Shown: in pieces, positions 8,851 to 18,602 of the stretch
Layout: every line of letters begins with the position of its first letter
Numbering within the stretch: position 1 is the stretch's first letter
Assembly: GCA_964537135.1 (NCBI GenBank)
Contig: CAZHZC010000002.1
Coordinates: 31,700 to 95,699 of the forward strand
DNA length: 64,000 bases
Source of the DNA: an uncultured Rikenella sp.
GTDB taxonomy: Bacteria; Bacteroidota; Bacteroidia; Bacteroidales; VadinHA17
Reading direction: 5' to 3'
The notes under the pieces: model-generated
The model's database searches: none
Told to the model about the DNA's origin: nothing
What the model saw: the letters and a program-made list of their open reading frames with translations, nothing else
Made by a program: the position numbers and the translations under genes

Positions 8851-11001
8851 ATGAAAAGAGAGATTCTGACCGTAGTGGCTATGGTGCTGCTGGTATTTCC
8901 ATTGTCGGCACAGGGCCGCCAGGGCAGTTATGCAATCGTAGCTGACAGCCGGTCGCTGGCAGTGGCAGGTGATGAGATCAGGGAGTATGCAGCAGCCCTC
9001 AGATATGACGGGCTTGAGACTGTGATCATTGAAGACAGGTGGAAGCATCCTGACTCAATCAGACAGCAGCTACGCTCACTATACAAAGCAGACAGGAAGT
9101 TTGAAGGAGCAGTCTTTATAGGCGACATACCTGTGCCTATGATACGTGATGCACAGCACATGACCTCGGCATTCAAGATGGATCAGGTGAGGTACTCATG
9201 GGATCGCTCATCGGTACCCTCAGACCGTTTCTATGAGGACTTTGACCTTGAGTTTACGCTACTGAGGCCAGACACCAATGGCCTCTATTTCTATTACAGC
9301 CTCAACCACTCATCACCACAGAGGCTGACACCGGATATATACAGCGGCCGCATACGCATACCGGGAGACAGTGACGGCTCACAGCTGCGTGCCTATCTTA
9401 AGAAGGCGGCGGCAGCGCACCGTGACCCCGGTACTGTTGATGAGCTGCTGCTCTTCGCCGGGCATGGCTACAATTCCGAGTCGATGACCGCCAGGCTCGA
9501 TGAGAAGGCTGCACTGCTACAGCAGTTCCCGCAGCTCAACAGGCAGAGGAATGGACTGGAGTATATCGACTTCACTTTTGATGCCCATGTCAAGAACCGC
9601 ATACTGTCGGTCATGGCAGAAAAGATGATCGACATTGCCCTCCTGCACCATCACGGAACCTACGATGCACAGCTCGCCAGCGCTGAGCTGGCAGCCAAGG
9701 GCGTCAATCAGAATATTACAAACATACAGAACTACCTGAGGTCTAAGGTGAGGGGAGCCAAGGATACCACGGCAGCCAAGCAGAGGTATATCGACTGGCT
9801 GGGGGTGCCCGATGCATGGTTCCGGGGTGCCAATGACCCTGAGCAAATGCTTATAGATTCAATATGGTCAGCCGGCACAGAGATAGTTGCCGGTGACGTT
9901 GAAAAGTATGATATCAAGGCCAGGTTCATCATGTTTGATGCCTGCTTCAACGGCTCATTTCACCGCGACGGATATATCTCTGCAGCCTACCTGTATGGCA
10001 AGGGGCGTACGGTGGCCGCACAGGCCAATACGGTCAACTCTCTTCAGGACAAGTATCCTGATGAGATGATTGGTCTCCTCTCATACGGGATGAGGGTAGG
10101 TGAGTGGAACAGGCTGGTAGCCTCTCTTGAGACACATATCATAGGTGACCCTGCCTTCCGGTTCCGCCCCTCAGACCAGGGGATGGATGCAGTGACAATG
10201 CAGAAGTATGCCGGCAACAACAGCAGGCTGCTCAGGCTGACACGCTACCCACACCCTGATGTGCAGGCCTGGGCCCTGAGGCAGCTGTTTGAGAATGGCT
10301 ATGATAAGATAGGAGCTCTGCTGGAAGAGACCTATTTCAGCTCACCCTATGCAACCACTCGGGTTACCGCCATGCACCTGCTCTCAGAGGTCGGTGGCGA
10401 CCCGTTTGTAAGGGTGACAGCCGCTGCACTGGACGACTCCTACGAGCTGGCACGCCGGTTTGCAGCAATCTTCTGCCAGCAGTCGGGTGACCCGCGACTG
10501 GCACCGGCACTGATCAGGGCAGTCACCGACGCAAATATATCCAGGAGGGTTAACTATCAGGCCGTTGAGGCGCTGGCCTACTTTGACCGGGAGACTCTGG
10601 AGAGAGAGTTTGCCAGAAGGTTTGAAGGGGTTGATACCGCTAACTATATGGGGGCGATCTACCGGAAAAGAGCGGCAGAGATAGAGAGCCGTACAGATGC
10701 CTGTGCCCGTACGATAAACTCAGTTACCGGTGATGAGGTGACTGACAGGAACCGCATGTTTGACATACGCTCACTGCGCAACCTCACATACCACCCCGCG
10801 GTGGAGCCTCTCCGTGATTATCTCCTCACTGCCCCGGGTGATGATATCGAGATAGCTCTCCTTGAGGCACTGGGATGGTTCAGGCACAGCTACAGGAAAG
10901 ATCTTATTGAGGCTGCCTGCCGTGAGATTATCGCCGGGGAGGATAGGTTCTCCGCTGCAGTACGTGATGAGGCGCTGCGTACGATCAACCGTTTGAAGTA
11001 G
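8851..11001 (+). CDS. secreted protein: gingipain (peptidase C25)-like N-terminal region plus C-terminal HEAT-like repeats
   Basis: ATG 8851 gives signal peptide MKREILTVVAMVLLVFPLSAQG. Blocks YAIVAD...GAVFIGDIPVP...PDIYSGRIRIP...LLLFAGHGY...FIMFDACFNGSF follow the block order of C25-type proteins. The C-terminal ~250 aa has repeated helical units (PDVQAWALRQL, RRFAAIFCQQSGDPRLAPALIRAV, VNYQAVEALAYF, EIALLEALGWF). Confidence 0.45.
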   Translation: MKREILTVVAMVLLVFPLSAQGRQGSYAIVADSRSLAVAGDEIREYAAALRYDGLETVIIEDRWKHPDSIRQQLRSLYKADRKFEGAVFIGDIPVPMIRDAQHMTSAFKMDQVRYSWDRSSVPSDRFYEDFDLEFTLLRPDTNGLYFYYSLNHSSPQRLTPDIYSGRIRIPGDSDGSQLRAYLKKAAAAHRDPGTVDELLLFAGHGYNSESMTARLDEKAALLQQFPQLNRQRNGLEYIDFTFDAHVKNRILSVMAEKMIDIALLHHHGTYDAQLASAELAAKGVNQNITNIQNYLRSKVRGAKDTTAAKQRYIDWLGVPDAWFRGANDPEQMLIDSIWSAGTEIVAGDVEKYDIKARFIMFDACFNGSFHRDGYISAAYLYGKGRTVAAQANTVNSLQDKYPDEMIGLLSYGMRVGEWNRLVASLETHIIGDPAFRFRPSDQGMDAVTMQKYAGNNSRLLRLTRYPHPDVQAWALRQLFENGYDKIGALLEETYFSSPYATTRVTAMHLLSEVGGDPFVRVTAAALDDSYELARRFAAIFCQQSGDPRLAPALIRAVTDANISRRVNYQAVEALAYFDRETLEREFARRFEGVDTANYMGAIYRKRAAEIESRTDACARTINSVTGDEVTDRNRMFDIRSLRNLTYHPAVEPLRDYLLTAPGDDIEIALLEALGWFRHSYRKDLIEAACREIIAGEDRFSAAVRDEALRTINRLK

Positions 11002-11029
11002 TGTATGACTGTACCTGACCGTACACTAC
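10998..11029 (+). terminator. possible hairpin terminator after the cluster
   Basis: GTAGTGTATG (10998-11007) pairs with CGTACACTAC (11020-11029): 10 bp including one G-U, 12-nt loop. Overlaps the TAG stop. No U-tract follows. Confidence 0.3.
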
Positions 11030-11068
11030 AATACTGTATAGAACTCAGAAATACCTGACTGTTTTGAA

Positions 11069-11087
11069 GTACTATACAATATAGTAC
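11069..11087 (-). terminator. possible hairpin directly after the EF-G paralogue stop
   Basis: GTACTATA caa TATAGTAC is a perfect 8-bp palindrome abutting stop codon 11088-11090. The stem is AT-rich and there is no U-tract. Confidence 0.2.
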
Positions 11088-13244
11088 CTACTCCTCTTCC
11101 TCTTCAGCGTCATAGGCCTTGATGACACTCTCCTGCACCTCGGCCGGTACCTGTACATACTCGGCAAATTTCATGGTGTACATGGCGCGGCCGCCTGTCA
11201 GTGAGCTGAGGGCGGTTGAGTACTTGTTCATCTCGGCCAGCGGCACCCTCGCCTTTATAACCTCAAGACCCTTGTCGCTTGACATGCCAAGTACCATGCC
11301 ACGTCGGCCCTGCAGGTCACTGATCACATCACCCATACGGTCGGCAGGAACCATGATCTCAACCTCATAGACCGGCTCAAGGATCTTGGGACCGGCATTT
11401 TTGAAGGCGTTGTTGAAGGCGTTGCGGCCGGCAAGACGGAACGATATCTCGTTTGAGTCGACCGGATGCATCTTGCCGTCATAGACATATACACGTATGT
11501 CACGTGCATAGGAGCCGGTAAGCGGACCCACCTCCATCTTCTCCATAATACCTTTGAGGATGGCAGGCATAAAGCGCCCGTCGATGGAGCCACCGACGAT
11601 ACAGTTGACATAGATCAGCTTGCCACCCCACTGCAGGTCGATCTCCTCCCTGTCACGCACGCTCAGCTTTATCTCCTTGCCGGCGATCTTTATCATGTTC
11701 TTTTCGCTGCTACCCTCTTCCCATGGCTCAATGATCATGTGCACCTCACCAAACTGTCCGGCGCCGCCTGACTGTTTCTTGTGACGGTAGTCTGCCTGTG
11801 AGGCCTTGGTGATGGTCTCACGGTAAGGTATGCGCGGGGTAATGAACTGTGTCTCAATCTTGAATATATTGTCGAGGTGCCACTTAAGTATGTTGAGGTG
11901 ATACTCACCCTGGCCATGCACTATTATCTGCTTAAGCTCCTTGGAGTACTCAATGATGATGGTGGGGTCTTCACCGTGCATCCGGCCCAGTGCCTCACCC
12001 AGCTTCTCCTCATCACTCTCATTGACAGGCTTGATGGCTGTGCGGAACTTCGGCTCGGGAAACATCATGGCCCCAAAGGTCCAGTCATTGGCCGGGGCGT
12101 TGAGCGTATGTCCTGCCTTGGTATTTTTCAGCTTGACAAAACCACCGATGTCACCCGCCTGCATCTCAGAGACGCGGGTACGGTTGCGCCCACTGCAGGC
12201 AAAGATCTGTGACAGCCGCTCCTTGGTGCCATTGCTGGTGTTCACCGCCTCATAGTTCTCAGTGATCTTGCCTGACATGACCCTGAAGTAGTTGATCTCA
12301 CCGATATGCTCCTCGATGGTGGTCTTGAAGACAAAGGCTGAAGGCTGGCCGGCAGTGCTGTAGGACACCTTCTCACCCTTTGAGTTGACCACTGCAGGCA
12401 TATCTGCCGGTGAGGGGGCTGAGGCAACCACAAACTCAAGGAGGCGGTCAACACCTGTATTGTTCTTTGCCGAGAGGCAGAAAACAGGGAAAATACCACG
12501 GTGGAGCAGACCGGCACGCAGGCCGCGGCTTATCTCCTCCTCGGTGAGGGTGTCATTGGCAAAGAAGAGCTCCATCAGCTCCTCATCACTCTCAGCCACC
12601 TTCTCTATGAGGGCTGCGTGCAGCTCGTCAGCCCTCTCACGGTGCTCAGCAGGTATCTCCTCGACAACAGCCTTGCCACCATCCTTGCCATAACGAAGCA
12701 TCTTCATGCTGATGATATCAATGATGGTACTGAAAGTGACACCCTCATCAACAGGAAACTGTGCCAGGGCAACGTTACTGCCAAACCGCTCTACAAGCAT
12801 CTCCACCGACTTCTCAAAGTTGGCCTTCTCATGGTCAAGCCCGTTAACAGCCAGTATGAGGGGCTTGTTGAACCTGTCGGCATGCCGGAAATGGATCTCG
12901 GTACCCACCTCAACCCCGTTCTGCACATTGATAAGCAGCATGGCGGTGTCAGCAGCATACATGGATGAGACCACCCCGCCAGAGAAGTCGTCAAGACCGG
13001 GTGCATCAATAATATTTATCTTTTTGTTGCCGAACTCGGTATAGAGTACTGTCGAGAAGATCGAGTTGCGATTCTCATGCTCAATGGGCTTGTAGTCAGA
13101 GACGGTGTTCCTGCCTTCCACTGTTCCGCGCCTCTCAATATTTCCACCGTTGAAGAGCATCGCCTCTGCAAGGGTTGTTTTTCCTGAACCGGTGTTACCC
13201 AGAAGTACAATGTTTCTCAGGTGGTCTGTGGAGTATGTTTTCAT
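11088..13244 (-). CDS. elongation factor G paralogue (EF-G2-like) with degenerate GTPase motifs
   Basis: 718 aa with five-domain EF-G architecture. P-loop GNTGSGKTT is kept, but G3 reads DAPGLDDF (His->Leu), G4 reads NGLD (not NKxD), and switch I reads NRNSI (not RGITI). Confidence 0.85.
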   Translation of the reverse strand: MKTYSTDHLRNIVLLGNTGSGKTTLAEAMLFNGGNIERRGTVEGRNTVSDYKPIEHENRNSIFSTVLYTEFGNKKINIIDAPGLDDFSGGVVSSMYAADTAMLLINVQNGVEVGTEIHFRHADRFNKPLILAVNGLDHEKANFEKSVEMLVERFGSNVALAQFPVDEGVTFSTIIDIISMKMLRYGKDGGKAVVEEIPAEHRERADELHAALIEKVAESDEELMELFFANDTLTEEEISRGLRAGLLHRGIFPVFCLSAKNNTGVDRLLEFVVASAPSPADMPAVVNSKGEKVSYSTAGQPSAFVFKTTIEEHIGEINYFRVMSGKITENYEAVNTSNGTKERLSQIFACSGRNRTRVSEMQAGDIGGFVKLKNTKAGHTLNAPANDWTFGAMMFPEPKFRTAIKPVNESDEEKLGEALGRMHGEDPTIIIEYSKELKQIIVHGQGEYHLNILKWHLDNIFKIETQFITPRIPYRETITKASQADYRHKKQSGGAGQFGEVHMIIEPWEEGSSEKNMIKIAGKEIKLSVRDREEIDLQWGGKLIYVNCIVGGSIDGRFMPAILKGIMEKMEVGPLTGSYARDIRVYVYDGKMHPVDSNEISFRLAGRNAFNNAFKNAGPKILEPVYEVEIMVPADRMGDVISDLQGRRGMVLGMSSDKGLEVIKARVPLAEMNKYSTALSSLTGGRAMYTMKFAEYVQVPAEVQESVIKAYDAEEEEE

Positions 13245-13287
13245 GATAGAGTGATATAGTTATTATTTTTTACTCTGGACGGGAGCG

Positions 13288-13295
13288 CAAAAATA
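13288..13295 (-). promoter_or_regulatory. Bacteroidetes -7 promoter box (TATTTTTG on minus strand) for the EF-G paralogue
   Basis: Plus strand CAAAAATA is the reverse complement of TATTTTTG, which fits TAnnTTTG. Lies 44 nt upstream of ATG 13244, with additional TTTG motifs further upstream. Confidence 0.5.
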
Positions 13296-13572
13296 GCAAA
13301 TTTTCAAAATATTGCATAAATGTTGTCACTGTTTGAAAAATTTATTTACTTTGCACCGGTTTTTTGAAAAAGCAGGAGTACCGGTCTCTTCGTCAATTGA
13401 GTAAGTATACAAAATGCCGGAAGGAGCGGTCGGGAAGAAAATCCTGCGAATAACTTACAAACCACTAAGTTACATAATTCAGAAAACTTTACCGCATAGT
13501 ACCGGTGCAACCGTGAGGAGCCCCGGTCAGCGTGAAGGGTGTGATGACTGTAGCCGGTAAAAGGCGGCAGGC

Positions 13573-13682
13573 GGGAGTGTGACAGGAGTGATTGAGGAGG
13601 GTGAGTGGAATAAGTGAGTGAGTGAGTGAGGAGAATGAGAAGAGTGAGCGAGGAGAGTGATTGAGAAGAGATGAAGATTTAG
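13573..13682 (+). repeat. C-depleted purine-rich GTGA/GAGG low-complexity tract in the rpsL upstream region
   Basis: 110 nt contain only two C (13583, 13649). Includes (GTGA)4 at 13614-13630 and four GGAG/GAGG cores. Confidence 0.8.
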
Positions 13683-13712
13683 CATAAACTAGAAATTAAT
13701 TAAAGGAGAATT

Positions 13713-14087
13713 ATGCCGACAATTCAGCAGTTAGTAAGAAAAGGCCGCAAGAAGCTGGCAGAGAAGAGCAAGGCACCTGCTCTCGACTCATGCCCGCAGC
13801 GCAGGGGTGTATGTGTTCGCGTATATACCACCACGCCAAAGAAACCTAACTCAGCCATGAGAAAAGTAGCCAGGGTGAGGCTGACCAACCAGAAGGAGGT
13901 CAACGCATATATCCCGGGTGAGGGCCACAACCTGCAGGAGCACTCCATAGTGCTTATCAGGGGAGGCAGGGTAAAAGACCTGCCGGGGGTACGCTATCAC
14001 CTGGTACGTGGCGCCCTCGATACATCAGGTGTGGATGGCCGTAAGCAGAGAAGGTCTAAGTACGGAGCCAAAAGACCAAAGAAGTAA
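13713..14087 (+). CDS. rpsL: 30S ribosomal protein S12
   Basis: 124 aa [12 protein letters not shown]...TTPKKPNSA...[19 protein letters not shown] at 13704-13708, 4 nt before the ATG. Confidence 0.98.
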   Translation: MPTIQQLVRKGRKKLAEKSKAPALDSCPQRRGVCVRVYTTTPKKPNSAMRKVARVRLTNQKEVNAYIPGEGHNLQEHSIVLIRGGRVKDLPGVRYHLVRGALDTSGVDGRKQRRSKYGAKRPKK

Positions 14088-14106
14088 CAGTTAAAGGATT
14101 CACAAC

Positions 14107-14583
14107 ATGAGAAAGGCAAAACCAAAGAAGAGGATCCTATTGCCGGACCCGAAATTCAACGACCCGTATGTTACCCGTTTCATCAATAACCTGATGTACG
14201 ATGGTAAAAAGACCGTTGCCTTCAGGATATTTTACGACTCACTCGAGATAGTTGGGGAGAAGATGAAGAATGCGGATAAGACCCCGCTGGAGATATGGAA
14301 GCAGGCACTTGACAATATCACTCCGCATGTTGAGGTGAAGAGCCGCAGGGTAGGCGGTGCAACATTCCAGGTGCCCCTCGAGATAAGGCCCGACAGGAAG
14401 GTGAGTATCAGTATGAAGAACCTTATCCTCTATGCACGCAGACGATCAGGCCACAGCATGGCCGAGAAGCTGGCAGCAGAGGTGATGGCCGCCTATAACA
14501 ATGAGGGCGGTGCATACAAAAAGAAGGAGGACACACACCGTATGGCGGAGGCCAACAAGGCGTTTGCACATTTCAGGTTCTGA
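14107..14583 (+). CDS. rpsG: 30S ribosomal protein S7
   Basis: 158 aa [17 protein letters not shown]...[14 protein letters not shown]. str operon order. Confidence 0.98.
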   Translation: MRKAKPKKRILLPDPKFNDPYVTRFINNLMYDGKKTVAFRIFYDSLEIVGEKMKNADKTPLEIWKQALDNITPHVEVKSRRVGGATFQVPLEIRPDRKVSISMKNLILYARRRSGHSMAEKLAAEVMAAYNNEGGAYKKKEDTHRMAEANKAFAHFRF

Positions 14584-14616
14584 CAGGCTGCAACATAGGT
14601 TGAAGAGCAAAAAGTG

Positions 14617-16722
14617 ATGAACAACGATCTCAGATATACCAGAAACATTGGCATTATGGCCCATATTGATGCCGGAAAGACTACCACTTCCGAACGCATC
14701 CTCTATTTTACGGGCCGGGTGCACCGCATCGGTGAAGTCGATGACGGCAATGCCACTATGGACTGGATGGTGCAGGAGCAGGAGAGAGGGATCACCATCA
14801 CCTCAGCAGCAACCACCACCTTCTGGAAATATCGGGAGCAGCTCTACAAGATAAACCTGATAGATACACCCGGCCACGTTGACTTCACTGTAGAGGTTGA
14901 GAGGTCACTGAGGGTGCTCGATGGTGCCGTGGCAGTGTTCTGTGCGGTGGGTGGTGTAGAGCCGCAGAGCGAGACCGTATGGAGGCAGGCAAACAAATAC
15001 CATGTACCGCGTATAGCCTTCGTCAACAAGATGGACCGCACCGGGGCTGACTTCCTGGGTGTGGTGCAGCAGATAAGGGATAAGCTGGGAGCCAACCCGG
15101 TGCCGGTACAGATACCCATCGGTGCTGAAGATGAGTTCAACGGAATTATTGACCTGGTCGAGATGAAGGCTATCATCTTCAGGGAGAGCGGTGACCCGCT
15201 GATGAACTTCACGGTGGAGCCGATACCTGAATTTATGGTTGATGAGGCTGAAGAGTGGAGGATGAAGCTGGTGGAGGCGTGCGCCGGAATGGACGATACA
15301 ATACTTGAGCGCTACCTCGAGGACCAGGAGAGTATCACACCCGAAGAGCTGACAGCAGTGCTGCGTCGTGAAACGATAGAGGGTGTGGTGGTACCGGTCT
15401 TCTGCGGAGCATCATTCAGGAACAAAGGGGTACAGCGACTGATAAACGGGGTGACGGCATACCTGCCATCACCACTCGATGTGGGAGCAGTGAAAGGGCG
15501 TGACCCGCGTGATGACAAGGAGATAATACTCATGCCCGATACTGCCGAACCGCTGGCAGCACTGGCCTTCAAGATAGCTACTGACCCGCATATGGGCAGA
15601 CTGGTATTCCTGAGAGTATACTCAGGCAAGCTGAAGGCGGGTGATACCATATTAAATACTAGATCTGGAAAGAGGGAGAGGATCAACCGCCTCTTCCAGA
15701 TGCATGCAAACAAACAGAACCCCGTAGATACCGTCTATGCCGGCGATATATGCGCCGGGGTGGGGTTCAAGGATCTCAAGACAGGAGACACACTGTGTGC
15801 CGTAAACAAACCTGTTATGCTTGAGTCAATGGAGTTCCCCGATCCGGTGATCTGGATAGCTATCGAACCCAGGACCCAGGCTGACATAGAGCGGCTGTCA
15901 CTGGCGCTGGCCAAGCTGGCTGAGGAGGACCCCACCTTCCAGGTGAAGTCTGACCCTGACAGCGGACAGACCGTCATCAGTGGCATGGGTGAGCTCCATC
16001 TCGAGATACTGGTTGACCGTCTTAAGAGAGAGTTCAAGGTTGAGTGCAACCAGGGAAGACCACAGGTGGCATACAAAGAGGCTGTCACAGCAGCATACAC
16101 ACACAGGGAGCTGTTCAGCAAACAGACCGGAGGAAGAGGCAAGTTCGCAGATATTACCGTTGAGCTGATGCCCGCCGAGGAGGGCGTTGCCGGACTAACC
16201 GTGGTGAATGAGATACGTGGCGGGAACGTGCCGAAGGAGTTTATACCCTCAATAGAAAAAGGGTTCCGTGAGGCGATGAAGAACGGCCCGCTGGCCGGAT
16301 TCCCGCTTGACAGCCTCAAGGTGATCATCAAAGACGGTTCATACCACTCTGTCGACTCCGACTCATTGTCGTTCGAGATAGCAGCCAGGCAGGCGTTCCG
16401 CCATGCGGCACCAAAGTGCCGGCCGGTACTGCTCGAACCGGTGATGAAGGCTGAAGTGATCACCCCTGAAGAGTATGTGGGTGACGTGGTGGCCGACTTC
16501 AACAAGAGAAGGGGTAAGGTGGAAGGTATGGAATCGAAAGCAGGTGCAAGGGTGATAAAGGCAAAAGTACCTCTGGCAGAAAACTTCGGATATGTTACAG
16601 TACTGCGTACCCTTACCTCCGGAAGAGCTACATCGGCAATGGAGTTCTCACACTATGAGGAGGTGCCTGAAGAACTTGCCAAAAAAATTATTGAAGTAAC
16701 AACAGGAAAAATCCTTTATTGA
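14617..16722 (+). CDS. fusA: elongation factor G (canonical)
   Basis: G1 AHIDAGKTT, switch I RGITI, G3 DTPGHVDF, G4 NKMD. ATG 14617 preferred; GTG 14614 is also possible. Confidence 0.97.
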   Translation: MNNDLRYTRNIGIMAHIDAGKTTTSERILYFTGRVHRIGEVDDGNATMDWMVQEQERGITITSAATTTFWKYREQLYKINLIDTPGHVDFTVEVERSLRVLDGAVAVFCAVGGVEPQSETVWRQANKYHVPRIAFVNKMDRTGADFLGVVQQIRDKLGANPVPVQIPIGAEDEFNGIIDLVEMKAIIFRESGDPLMNFTVEPIPEFMVDEAEEWRMKLVEACAGMDDTILERYLEDQESITPEELTAVLRRETIEGVVVPVFCGASFRNKGVQRLINGVTAYLPSPLDVGAVKGRDPRDDKEIILMPDTAEPLAALAFKIATDPHMGRLVFLRVYSGKLKAGDTILNTRSGKRERINRLFQMHANKQNPVDTVYAGDICAGVGFKDLKTGDTLCAVNKPVMLESMEFPDPVIWIAIEPRTQADIERLSLALAKLAEEDPTFQVKSDPDSGQTVISGMGELHLEILVDRLKREFKVECNQGRPQVAYKEAVTAAYTHRELFSKQTGGRGKFADITVELMPAEEGVAGLTVVNEIRGGNVPKEFIPSIEKGFREAMKNGPLAGFPLDSLKVIIKDGSYHSVDSDSLSFEIAARQAFRHAAPKCRPVLLEPVMKAEVITPEEYVGDVVADFNKRRGKVEGMESKAGARVIKAKVPLAENFGYVTVLRTLTSGRATSAMEFSHYEEVPEELAKKIIEVTTGKILY

Positions 16723-16724
16723 AG

Positions 16725-17030
16725 ATGAGTCAGAAAATCCGCATTAAGCTCAAGTCTTATGATCATAACCTGGTCGACAAGTCGGCAGAGAAGATCGTGA
16801 AGACAGTGAAATCAACGGGTGCAGTCGTCAGTGGCCCGATACCGCTGCCTACCCATAAGAGAATATTTACGGTGCTCCGCTCACCGTTTGTCAACAAGAA
16901 ATCGAGAGAGCAGTTTGAACTGTCATCATATAAGCGGCTGCTTGACATTTACAGTTCAACGCCAAAGACCATTGATGCCCTCATGAAGCTTGAACTGCCC
17001 AGCGGAGTAGAGGTGGAGATTAAAGTGTGA
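16725..17030 (+). CDS. rpsJ: 30S ribosomal protein S10
   Basis: ATG 16725 gives [14 protein letters not shown]... (101 aa). The ORF-track start 16719 is a TTG overlapping the fusA stop. Confidence 0.97.
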   Translation: MSQKIRIKLKSYDHNLVDKSAEKIVKTVKSTGAVVSGPIPLPTHKRIFTVLRSPFVNKKSREQFELSSYKRLLDIYSSTPKTIDALMKLELPSGVEVEIKV

Positions 17031-17049
17031 AACCGGAAAAAACTGAATT

Positions 17050-17667
17050 ATGCAGGGATTAATAGGAAAAAAGGTTGGGATGACAACTGTCTTCAATGAG
17101 GATAGAAAGAGCATTCCATGCACTGTCCTCGAGGTTGGCCCATGTGTGGTGTCACAGGTGAAGACGGTGGAGAATGACGGTTATTCGGCTTTGCAGCTCA
17201 GCTTCGATGACAAGAGGGAGAAGTCAAGCAACAAGGCTGAGATGGGACACTTCAAAAAAGCAGGTACCGCCCCCAAGAGGAAGATCGCCGAGTTCTCAGG
17301 GTTTGAGGAGGGACAATATAAGCTGGGTGATGTGATCACCGTAGAGCTGTTCAATGATGACTCCTGGCTCGATGTGAGGGGATGGACCAAGGGCAAAGGA
17401 TTCCAGGGAGTGGTCAAACGACATGGCTACAGCGGAGTGGGTGACCAGTCTCACGGTCAGCATAACCGGCTGAGAGCACCCGGCTCACTGGGAGCATCCT
17501 CAACACCCTCAAGGGTGATGCCGGGCAAAAAGATGGCCGGACGCATGGGAGGAAAGCAGCAGGAGACTGAACTGAGAGTGGTGAAGGTGATGCCCGAAGC
17601 GAACCTGCTGCTGGTAAAGGGCGCCGTACCAGGCCCCAAAGGTGGTTACGTAATAATTACAAAGTGA
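17050..17667 (+). CDS. rplC: 50S ribosomal protein L3
   Basis: 205 aa [15 protein letters not shown]...[12 protein letters not shown]. Confidence 0.97.
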   Translation: MQGLIGKKVGMTTVFNEDRKSIPCTVLEVGPCVVSQVKTVENDGYSALQLSFDDKREKSSNKAEMGHFKKAGTAPKRKIAEFSGFEEGQYKLGDVITVELFNDDSWLDVRGWTKGKGFQGVVKRHGYSGVGDQSHGQHNRLRAPGSLGASSTPSRVMPGKKMAGRMGGKQQETELRVVKVMPEANLLLVKGAVPGPKGGYVIITK

Positions 17668-18290
17668 TGGATATAGCAGTAGTTAACATAGAAGGTAAAG
17701 AGACCGGAAGAAAGGTGACCCTCGATGAGGCGATCTTCGGTATTGAACCCAATGACCACGCCATCTACCTTGACACCAAACAGTACCTGGCAGCACAGAG
17801 ACAGGGAACACACAAGACCAAGGAGCGAAGCGAGGTTACCGGCAGCACCAGGAAGATAAAGAGACAGAAGGGAACCGGCACAGCCAGGGCAGGTGATATT
17901 AAAAACCCGCTCTTCCGCGGAGGCGGACGTACCTTCGGTCCCAGACCAAGAGACTATAGCTTCAAGCTCAACAAAAAGGTCAAACGGCTGGCCAGAAAAT
18001 CGGCCCTCTCCTATAAGATGAGAGAGAACCGGCTGATAGTACTTGAAGATTTCTCATTCGATACCCCAAAGACCTCAAACATGGTCTCAGTGAGCGCAAA
18101 CCTCGAGCTGGTGAACAAAAAATCACTTATTGTTTTACCAGAACAAAATAAAAATATATATTTGTCATCTCGAAATTTGCAGGGAGTTGAAGTTGTAACG
18201 ATCAGTGATTTAAACACTTACAACATCATGAAGGCTTCAACTCTGGTGCTTACAGAGAGTGTAGTTGATGTTTTGCAGTCAACATTCTAA
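17667..18290 (+). CDS. rplD: 50S ribosomal protein L4
   Basis: [14 protein letters not shown]...[33 protein letters not shown] 17667 overlaps the rplC TGA by 1 nt; GTG 17664 is an alternative. Confidence 0.96.
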   Translation: MDIAVVNIEGKETGRKVTLDEAIFGIEPNDHAIYLDTKQYLAAQRQGTHKTKERSEVTGSTRKIKRQKGTGTARAGDIKNPLFRGGGRTFGPRPRDYSFKLNKKVKRLARKSALSYKMRENRLIVLEDFSFDTPKTSNMVSVSANLELVNKKSLIVLPEQNKNIYLSSRNLQGVEVVTISDLNTYNIMKASTLVLTESVVDVLQSTF

Positions 18291-18305
18291 ACCAGGAGCA
18301 GAGAT

Positions 18306-18596
18306 ATGGAAATATTACTGAAACCGTTAGTGACCGAGAAGATGACCAGCCAGGGTGAGCAGTTCAACCGGTATGGCTTCCTGGTCAACCCCAGGGCCAA
18401 CAAGCTGCAGATCAAGAAGGCAGTTGAAGAGCTCTATGGTGTAAATGTTGAAGAGGTCAACACCATGATCTACCGCGGCAAGTCAAAGACCCGCTTTACC
18501 CGGTCAGGTATTATGAAGGGGCGTACAGCTGCAGCCAAGAAGGCTATTATTACTCTCGCCAAAGGAGAGACGATTGATTTTTACAGCAATATTTAA
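18306..18596 (+). CDS. rplW: 50S ribosomal protein L23
   Basis: 96 aa MEILLKPLVTEKMT...KKAIITL. S10 operon order. Confidence 0.96.
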   Translation: MEILLKPLVTEKMTSQGEQFNRYGFLVNPRANKLQIKKAVEELYGVNVEEVNTMIYRGKSKTRFTRSGIMKGRTAAAKKAIITLAKGETIDFYSNI

Positions 18597-18602
18597 CAGA
18601 GC

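Noticed and set aside
13351-13510. Inverted repeat TTGCACCGGT / ACCGGTGCAA considered as the ends of an invertible promoter (phase-variable inverton).
   Set aside because: The repeat is only 10 bp and 6 bp of it is the self-palindrome ACCGGT. There is no recombinase nearby, no promoter box between the arms, and the target would be an essential ribosomal operon. RNA pairing is the more economical reading.
15735-16505. 256-aa ORF antisense to fusA. Similar long antisense ORFs are 20004-20663, 21828-22490 and 24594-25250 (opposite the r-protein genes) and 14844-15212.
   Set aside because: They lie entirely inside strongly supported, highly conserved genes on the other strand. Their composition is low-complexity (S/P/A/L-rich), and they have no start context or motifs. 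This is the typical shadow-ORF effect of codon-biased genes.
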